20,000 nt of DNA from Vermamoeba vermiformis (Eukaryota). The notes under the pieces are model-generated. The model saw only the letters and a list, made by a program, of their open reading frames with translations. It was not told the origin of the DNA and did no database searches. Position numbers and translations under genes: made by a program. Below are positions 10,106 to 18,950 of this stretch, piece after piece; the first letter of the stretch is position 1; each line of letters opens with the position of its first letter. The stretch covers positions 46,842-66,841 of the forward strand of contig JBEWZL010000138.1 in the NCBI GenBank assembly GCA_045837725.1, written 5' to 3'.

Positions 10106-13100
10106 ATGGACAAGTTATTTCAAACTTTTTGGGAAGTCAAAGGATTCAATCGTTTCTTTGACGTGCCCAAACAACGCACTCAAGAAGAACAGCTCAAATT
10201 GCTGACTGAAGTATTTGAAGATATGGCCATTAGTGGCGGAAAAAGAGAGGGTAATGAAAAATAATTTTTAGAGCACGTCTAAATTTTAAATCAATTTTTG
10301 AGCGCGATCTCCTAAATTTCGGAGAATTTACTCATTGTTCTTTTTTAGGTCTCGTAATGCCTATTAGCTCTTTATTTATGTCTATAAATGATGCTACCAG
10401 CAAGGTTAAAGAAAATGCTGTTTCGATCTCGCATGCAGGATTTGTTGCCGCGGGTAAGCCACTCTTAAACGGATATTTTTAATAATATTTTTGTCTCACC
10501 TCGTTATTATTAGGCATGATTAAGGCCCTAGTGGATGTCGGCAATAAATGCATTGACGACAAAGCCTTCAGAAAGTTCGATCAGAACGACTTTTGTCCGT
10601 ACTACTGCGCGCATATTTTATCCGCAGTCGTAGCAGACACGACACTACAACAACGAGCTATCGATGAAGGTGCGTTCGACTTGTTCGTCAGATTCTTTAA
10701 AGGCGGTTTGAGTTGGGCTGAAGCACGCACATCCGCTAAAGGTCTCAGCACGTTAGCAGCCACCGAATACATCCAGTTATTTACGCCCGACATTATCGTG
10801 CAAGCTATTGAACACTTCGTCAATTCGTGGACCACTCCCTACACGCACTTCATTCAAAAGCCCCTCAAAAGGTACGTGTCAACAGCAGATCAATTTTTAC
10901 TCATACTTCACCCTTGATTAGATTTCAAGTATTATTGATGAAAATAGATATACCTCATGCAAAATTTTTATAAATCACTTCCCTATGCTCCCGCAAGGTT
11001 GGCATCCGACGCAGCAAATTTTTCTAGATCGAGTTTGAAAAAAAAATTTTTGCTGTCCTATCAACAGTTCGTTCCATACGACGTTAGCGGAGCATATTTA
11101 GGCATTGCTATTGTTATAATGAGATATCTTAATTCATTTTTTATTAATGACTCCTCCTACTGTCGTTGCTAATTTATTAATTGACAGAAAAAATCCTTGG
11201 TGCGATATTATGACTCGTGGCGAAGCAGGCACCGACGAAGAAACATTTTTGGCCTTTTATTGGATGGAGAACTTGCGCTCGTGGTCTGGCATGATTGTGC
11301 ACCATTATTTCAAGGCCAAACCACTCGAGGTACGCAAAAACTCTTTCAATTTACCAACTAATTCAAAAATTAACCTTACTGGAGGGCTAAAAATACTAAT
11401 CCTATAAAATATTCTATCTATATTGGTGGCTCGATTTCAAATTACCTTGTTTTGTGCCGTACGAATTGAAAAATGAAAATTTATTTGGGCGTTGGTTGGC
11501 TTTATTATATTTAATATTTAGAATATGTATTTTGCTTTAAAATGTGTTTACTAATGTTCAATGCGTCTACCAGGGCACTAAGATATTCATCGAGAATCCG
11601 CAGCTGTTTGACGCGTTGCCAATCAGTTTTTATTATGAAAATCAATTGACCGATGCTCCCGACGAATTTGGTTCCGTGTAAGTTTGTAGATTACCCTTAA
11701 ACCGCTAGTTACTCGCACTATTTGCCAATTTTACGTAGAATTTTTTTTAAACCTCGAACACCTTTTGTTGCCTTAACAAATTAAGACCTAGTTGCAACGG
11801 AGACTGATCCTTATTTTTGACCTATAATCACTATATATGGCTTTTAATTTTTTAATTTTCATAATTAAATTGCACAACTCAAGCCAGCCCAAAAAATCGA
11901 TTTCCAAAAAACTTATTTTAAAGCTATTAAGCGGTTTACAATATTGGTTGATATCAAACCTCAAATGTCTCCATAAGGATTAATTATTAATTTAAATATT
12001 ATAGTCCCTTATGGGCCGTAATGACGTTAGAATCGATGGCGACAATTGAACTCGGTCGAAAAACCATTCTCGCTAACGCTAACGTCGTGCGTGTGATGCA
12101 AGAGATTGGACGTGGTGCACTCACGCACTGGGACCGCTTGTTGAATGTCATTCTCGCATTGGTCTCGCACGAGGACTCGCGGGCCCGTGCCATCGAAGTG
12201 TTTGGCGAACTCATTTGCGACGTGCGGAATGCAACTTTTGGAACCAAAGTAAGTCTCGTATTATACACAAAAGGGAGCATTTTTACCTTATATAGAATAT
12301 ATTTCTATATTTGGAATAATTGTTAAAAGTACATTCAAAAAAATCTGCGAAAAATGCTTGGATCCGGCCCAAATATTTTTTTTACTTGCCAAATGGCACG
12401 TATATATACTATATTATTTTAAGATAAGATAATTTTGATATATATTCAAATATGCATGAAAATTCGGCCTGGATCGTAACGCATTTTTTTTGAACTTTAT
12501 TTTTCATCCGTTTGTTTGTTAACAATTCCCCAGGGCAAGATGATACCCCTCGGTGAAATGTTAGTGGAAAAAGTGCTCGAGCCGTACTTCAACGAACCGA
12601 ACTACCAAGCCAAGAGCAAGCAAGAACAAGACTGCATCAACGAACTCGTGCAACAAATGGTCAAAAATCAATCGGGCCAATCACCTGCTGGCAAATCACG
12701 TGTCGATAAAGCGAAAAAATTGAAAGACGAGGGCAACAACAGCATCACGAGTGACATCAAACTGGCCATTCAGCTGTACGAAGAAGCCATTCATTTGTGT
12801 CCGGAGACCCAAAAAGAGGTCATAGTTGCCTTATATAGCAATTTGGCCGAGGCCTATTCGCGACTAAAACAGTCAGTCACGGACCCTAAAGTCAAAGAAG
12901 AGTGCAATTGGAAGATCATCAAATGGAGCACTCGTGCGCAGTGCATCGAACTGCACCACCCGAAGACTCTTTGGAAACGCGCTAGTGCTTATTGCGAGCT
13001 GGGACTAGCAAGGTAATAATACACATCTTATAATACGATGTCAACTGATTCGGACAAATGACTAAATAAGGAGATAATTATAATAACCTAATAAGGAAAT

Positions 13101-13582
13101 TAAAGGCTTGTCAGATCCAGGTTGACACTCGGAAATTTCGTTACGCACTTATGATTTCAACAATAACACGAATTACATCGTAATTGCTTTGTCCTATTAA
13201 TAGTAATAATAGAAATCAAATTAGTATTATCAGTTTTCAAATTCCCGACACGTGATTTACTTAATTCTTTTATAATGACAGGGCCGCACTGGAAGACATG
13301 AACAACTTCAGCATGACAACGAAGACCCTGACCGAAGAAATGAAGTCGTTGATTGCAGACTGTTCAGCGTTGTGTCACCCGTACAGCTACTTGCATGCAA
13401 AGTTTGGTCCGATTGAACGAGAGGACGAGGGCCACGATGACGATGACGACGATGAGAGTTACAGCATCAACAACAAAGTGGGCAGAGAGCGCAAGAAAGT
13501 TCGACAAGCATTGTTTGGCGTTATCAGTCACGTGGAGCACATGAAATCGAATCTGTATCCGTTGAAAATGATCAACAAATGA
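10106..13582 (+). CDS. ARM-like repeat + C-terminal TPR protein, similar to the plant ARM-repeat/TPR-like family, 8 exons, ~625 aa
   Basis: Exons 10106-10250, 10349-10453, 10514-10871, 11188-11329, 11574-11677, 12005-12248, 12534-13012, 13282-13582, phase-consistent. Motifs DQNDFCPYYCAHIL, LSWAEARTSAKGLSTLA, WCDIMTRG..W...LRSWS; TPRs LKDEGNN..YEEAIHLCP..ALYSNLAEAY..HPKTLWKRASAYCELGL. Confidence 0.88.
10984..11096. repeat. Imperfect nested inverted repeat (hairpin) in intron 3 of the ARM-TPR gene
   Basis: TATGCTCCCGC (10984-10994) pairs with GCGGAGCATA (11087-11096). The inner arm CAGCAAATTTTT (11012-11023) pairs with AAAAATTTTTGCTG (11042-11055). Confidence 0.65.
13039..13127. repeat. Imperfect ~20-bp inverted repeat in intron 7 of the ARM-TPR gene
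   Basis: TGTCAAC-TGATTCGGACAA (13039-13057) versus the reverse complement of 13108-13127, TGTCAACCTGGATCTGACAA: 16/20 matches around a 50-nt AT-rich spacer. Confidence 0.7.
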
Positions 13583-13788
13583 GTACGGGCACCGTAATTT
13601 CCGTTGTGAGTGCTAAGTAAATTTTTGCACCAATATTACTTGGACCTAATTACCGACATTCAGCCTTATGAATTGATATTTATTACGAGCTATTCTAATT
13701 ATCTGTGGGCACAAAATGAAGCAGGCGGTTCTGTAAAAATTCAAAAAAAGTTTCCTGCGGAAATATAGAATAAACAACATGTTTTTTG

Positions 13789-15809
13789 TTACAATAATAG
13801 TACAATTGACAATGCGCTAAACAACAGAACACCAGTCTCAACGAGTTTAAAATTTGTTGCAGATCCGGAACTCGTTCCTTGATCCGATGATGGTGTCGTA
13901 GCAACTGGGCTATCCGTAGTACTAGACACAAACGATGGTGTATCAGCTACTGGCACATCGTCCATTGGTGCACCAACACCTAAAGGCACATCCACTGGCG
14001 GATCCACAGGACTGGAGACCGGTGTGTCGGCAACAGGTGACGCTGTTGGTGCTGAAGTTGGTGTGTAGACAGGGGAGGCTACGGGAGCAGCAGGTGGCGC
14101 AGTGGGTGTGGAGACTGGAGCAGCTACTGGGGCCACTGGAGGGGTCACTGGCGCCGCTATCGGAGTCAGATCCGTCACACTGAAGACTCCTCCAAAACTG
14201 GACAAAATTTCTCCAGTACTATAAATACACAAACATTATTAAATTATAAGTAAGATACTATCATAATATCATTTTTCAAATCAATATTTGGGTTTTTTGG
14301 TACTTACGCGTAACTCGACGAATCCGCATTTGCAACGATGTACGAAGAACTCACTGAAGCAGCTGCAAATGTAATCTGGGAATCGGACCACGTGTAAGGA
14401 CCAGGGACTGCCGTATAAGGCAAGACTTCGTTCTTCAAGACCGACGACCAGCCGTGAGGGTTGGATCCGAATCCACGACCAGTCAGCTTGACCACGCCAT
14501 TGGAAAAACTGATGCCAGTGATCACCGGAATAACTGCTGAATTATTCCGTGGGTCATATGTTTTGTACCAATCGTGCATCACTCCTATTTTAGGCAATCA
14601 TTAGGATCCGCTCAATTAACAAATTTTGCTATATAATCACCTTATAATCGAAATTTAAGAAGGATTATATTAATTTCATATAATAAAAGACTAATGATCA
14701 AATTGAGATACGCTTTGCGGAGATCCGATCCAGATCTTGTCGACTTACCTCCCACAGTTGAAATCACCCAAGCGTGCGGCTGGTTATTAAATAGCAAATA
14801 AAATGTTCTAATGCCTCCCTTGGCCAATATCGCGTTCTCAGCGTCTTCATCCGACGGATCCACAGCTGAATCGTTGATGCCGTGTACGCGCAACAAAGGA
14901 ATTCTGAGAAACAATATTAGTCGTAGTTAAATATTAATCATAGTAGAACTGATATTATTACTTAGTCTGCGCATAATATTCATCGGTGTACTGAGTTCCA
15001 TAAGTTTTTTTGCCGCCGGACATTACAACAGCAGATGTGAGTCTGGATTCGACAGCAGCAAAAGCCTAAATGAAATATAGTATTAATATAAGAATACTAT
15101 GATATTAGTTCGTACAGTCATTAAGAAAGCTCCGTACGAGTGGCCAAAAGCTGCGAATGAATCGTAAATAATAACGTTCGATCCGAATTGGGTCTGAAAC
15201 TGCGTTGAAAACAATATATCGACGGCAGCAGTCGATCGACGTAAATTCTCTGGACTATCAGCGCAATCATCTAATCAATATTATAAAGTCAGTAAGATCG
15301 TTACAAAGATCCTCAGAATTTCTAATCTTTACTGTTTGTAAGGCCGTAGGCAACGCTAGGGCAACCGACGTAATGAGTAAGAGTAGGACCAAAGCACATA
15401 TATCCGCGACTATAGAAGTATGGCTTGCAGTACTGGTTCAAATACAGATCGACATCGTAATAATTTCCGTGGCCTACAAATAACGGTACGACGGGAGCCG
15501 ACGCTAAAAATATTATAAGCACTACGTATGTTATATATTTTACGCTTACTTTGCGGGTCTGAAGCGAATTGAATCCATCCTGTAGTATTCCATCCGTTTT
15601 CGTAGTAAGTGTACTTCCAGGTGTACTTCGGAGGCGAAGGCTGTGCCGTGAATGTAATAGTACCTGGGAGAGTGACGAGGGTATAGGCCGCGATTTCAGT
15701 AACGATCCTATTCATCGGATGAAGTTAGATAAAAAAATTTTTGTAGCGGATTTGACCCAAAAAAAATTACTTACAATGTCGCTAACAAGCAGAATAATAT
15801 TCCTCGCAT
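13789..15809 (-). CDS. Secreted, probably GPI-anchored alpha/beta-hydrolase (esterase-like) with IPT/TIG domain and Pro/Ser/Thr/Ala-rich stalk, 8 exons, ~494 aa
   Basis: Exons 15809-15775, 15707-15550, 15503-15333, 15270-15116, 15065-14962, 14903-14749, 14584-14308, 14218-13789. Signal peptide MRGILFCLLATLIVTEIAA. Nucleophile elbow FGHSYG, acid PLLRVHGINDSAV, His NQPHAW. IPT-like PVITGIS..VKLTGRGFG..TWSDSQI. PVxx repeats. C-terminal SSGSA followed by hydrophobic GVLLFSALSIVLLL* with no cytoplasmic tail. Confidence 0.88.
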
Positions 15810-16017
15810 ATTCTGTTATGTTAGCTGTTAAAGATCAATACGTTAAATTAAAAATAGCGTAACCAACAAAACAAGGGCAGTCTTTCGGCAGTTGTGGTCC
15901 AAAAGATTTTACTCGTGGACCAAAATAAGAATCGCCGAAAAATAATACAGGAATATTGTACAATTAATTAAGAAAGTTAACTCCTGCTCTCGTTCACTTC
16001 TTTTGGATCAACGTGAA
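15810..16017. promoter_or_regulatory. Putative bidirectional promoter (208 nt) with duplicated GTGGWCCAAAA motif
   Basis: Divergent starts at 15809 (-) and 16018 (+). GTGGTCCAAAA at 15894-15904 and GTGGACCAAAA at 15915-15925. Confidence 0.5.
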
Positions 16018-17807
16018 ATGGAAAAAATTGGATTTCAGTCTCAAGTTCAATTTCGAGCAGGAAACATGGAGAGAGATATTCAAAATATTTTAGAACTGCC
16101 TAAAGATGCACTTACGCTAATTGCTGGGTACTTAGACTTATTCTCCCTCAACAGATTTGCTCGCACTTGCAAAATATTCAATAGTATTCTGCATTATGAA
16201 GCTTTCTGGGAAATATATTATTATAGCCAACCATGGACTATCTTCGCACCTAAGAAGGAAAAGGTAAGCGTCACAGAACACCAAATCTAAAAAAATTGTA
16301 ATTCTATAATCTTCCAAGCTTCTTAAAAAATTCTTTAAGCAATAAATTAATTAATATTAAGCAATTTAATAATTATCGTTAATGATCATAAATTAAGGCG
16401 TCAGAAGGACGTTAAAAAAGAATGACGTGTCAATTTATGCAGATGCGTTATAAAATTAAAAAGACGCATTTATGGGTAATTAATATATAATAACTAACCA
16501 AATTAATCTTTCTTAATTATAGATACCTACGAGAAAGCCAAATACCACATGGAAATCAACTTTTATTGACCTCAAAAATCTCGTCTTCGAAAAGTTTTCA
16601 GTACCTGTCCGCGGCTTCAAGTAAGTACTATTATATATTTCGTATTAAATATAATATTAATTGTGTTGTTTGAATTCTGTGGATTTGCTACGGAACTAAC
16701 AAAATCTTTTATGCTTTAATTCTAGCTGGGCGATAAATGAAGGAATTTTGCCGCCAAAAAAAGACATTTGGATTAAATTTTTAATCGCTAATAGAGGCCT
16801 GCTATTAGACGACCAAAAAATTGCTGAAATTTTGTTCAGATCTATCAAATCCAAGTACGTACTAGCCAAAAACATTGGAATATTTAAATAATTATACTAA
16901 TCTTACCTAATGTATAGAGAAGGGTTCGCTAAAATCTTTTTCGAAGAAGTTAACGTCGATCTGCCTTTGGATTGGCTGTTACGCAAGGCTGCACTGATGA
17001 TTCGTCCTATTCCAAACACTACGCCCGATTTAGCACTCGATGCACTAGCATATGAATACACAAGAAGAGTTATGAAACTTACTGAACCTGAAGAAATTAA
17101 AACGTACTGCGACAAGATCCGATCAGCGCTGCTACTTCTACTTACTACCGCTTCGTAAGTATTATATTACCTAATATTAGTCATAAGTACCATTAATAAG
17201 CATAGATATATCAATTACATAGCAATTTAAGATTTTTTTCTTGAACTTCAATTTTGTAACGAGATCTGCTCGTGCTGAATACTAATGGATTAATTTAGAA
17301 ATAACAAGAAACCATCCAAACAAGAATTTGATGAGAAAATGTCGCAATATTTAACCTGTCCAGAGCTACAAAGAGGATCCGACAAATTCTATGAAAACGT
17401 GGTCGCGATCCCGACGCAACATACCCGCAAAAAGACGTATTCCGGACCATTAAATAGGCTAACAGATGGCAATCAAGTAGTATACTGCGAGATTAATAAT
17501 TGTTCACTTTTATTATTCAACGATGAAACGAAAGTACGTTACAAAAAAATTATTAATTTTATTTTACACCTAATTTCTTCCTTTTTAGGAAATTCTGCTA
17601 CGAAAGTTTGATTTTAAAGAGGAGGAAAGCTTAGCTGCGTTCAATTTGAGCTACACGCAAACCAAAGAGGCCGAAGATCTGGTCTTCGTTTATAAGGGCG
17701 AAACTTTGGTCTATAAGAGCTTGAAGAGCAGTAACGATAAGACCGCAATTAATGCTTTTTTCGCTCTCTATTATAATATTGTATTGCCTAAACTTCTTCC
17801 TTGGTAA
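16018..17807 (+). CDS. F-box + degenerate Sec7 + PH-like domain protein, 6 exons, ~387 aa
   Basis: Exons 16018-16263, 16523-16620, 16726-16854, 16918-17154, 17299-17533, 17589-17807 (alternative ATG at 16066). F-box ILELPKDALTLIAGYLDLFSLNRFARTCK..W. Sec7-like FSVPVRGFNWAINEGIL..IKFL...RGL..KIAEIL, FFEEVNVDLPLDWLLR, LDALAYEY, LLLLLTT..KKPSKQEF..KFYENV. PH-like YSGPLNRL..VYCEINNCSLLLFNDE. The F-box is solid; Sec7 and PH are by-eye alignments. Confidence 0.78.
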
Positions 17808-17965
17808 AGTTGGGACCTTTGATCCGCCTTTCATTTAAATCACGAAGAATTGCAATTATTTCTTATTTTATTTACAATTTATTAACGAATTTATTCGAGC
17901 TCAAAAGAGGTAATTGCTGTTAGAGAGGTATGGTATCATATTCTACTTATTGACACGTGTCACAG

Positions 17966-18854
17966 GAAGAAGCTGAGTGCAAAAGCGAGAAGAAGAGCGC
18001 GAAAGACAGCGCCGTGAACGTGAAGAGCGCCGTCGACAAGAGCAAGAGCGCGAAGAAGAGACGTCAAAAGGAGCGTGAGGAACAATTGCGAAAGGTACGT
18101 AGTATCACCTAGTATGTGATAGATATGCTTATAGTCTTGTGTTATAGCAAGAAGAAGAGACTCGAAGGTTGGAAGAGGAGCAGCAACAGCACTCGCGAAC
18201 ATTGGAACGCACCACAAGTCGCAGCTCAATGCGATTGGAGCGCAGCACTAGTCGTAGCTCGCTGACTGCTACTGACACGTACGTGCCTCGTACATTAGAG
18301 CGCACAACTAGTCGTAGTTCAATAACGAGCAGTGAGCTCACTTCACCGCGCCCAACACTGGAGCGCACATCCAGCAGATCAACTCTCGAACGAACATCAA
18401 GCAGATCCTCGCTGACAAAGTCTTGAACGGGCTTCTAGTCACAGTACTCTTTCTTATACTCCTACAACTGTTGGTGAAGGTACGGATCTAAAACATTTCC
18501 TTTTTAGGAAAATACGTTTAATTTATTTCTAGCGTAGATGATTAGGCTGAACGACGTAGATTGGAAAGAGAGGAACGAGAACGCAAGCGAAAAGAAGAAG
18601 AAGAGCGACTCGAACGAGAACTTGAAGAGCGCGAAGAAAAACGATTGCAGCGACAACACGAGCTTGAAGAAGAGGAGCGGCGATTTGAAGAAGAGCGTAA
18701 GCGACGTGAAGAACGACGCAAGCGACGAGAACAAATTGAAGCTGGTAAGGAAATTTCTCAATTTTTGAAAATGGATTCGGATTTAATGTCCAATGTTTTT
18801 AAGAACTTAAACGTGACGAAGAAGAGCGTGAACCACGAATACAACGTCTTGCAG
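17966..18854 (+). pseudogene. Disrupted fragment of an E/R-rich (coiled-coil/single alpha-helix) gene with LERTSSRS repeats
   Basis: Exon-like blocks 17966-18094, 18148-18479, 18538-18744 and 18804-~18854, with GT-AG boundaries. No start codon found. The E/R-rich reading shifts frame twice in block 1, shifts +1 at ~18421 (premature TGA 18424-18426; the next repeat LERASSHS is in another frame) and meets an in-frame TAG at 18543-18545. Confidence 0.7.
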
Positions 18855-18950
18855 GCAAATAATGCCTTCATTTCCTTATTTATTTTGTTTATAAATGGAT
18901 CAGATCAGATTTCGAACCAAGAATCAAAAAAATTATCCACACATGGCTAA

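Noticed and set aside
10957..11172. 71-aa ORF within the ARM-TPR locus
   Set aside because: It lies wholly inside intron 3. The flanking exons join in phase without it and keep the conserved motif continuous.
18199..18445. Regularly spaced repeats as a CRISPR-like array
   Set aside because: The repeats are conserved at amino-acid level with synonymous variation, spacing is irregular, the context is eukaryotic and there are no cas genes.
18543..18545. In-frame TAG as evidence of stop-codon reassignment
   Set aside because: No in-frame TAG appears in the intact gene models, and this one lies in a fragment that also has frameshifts.
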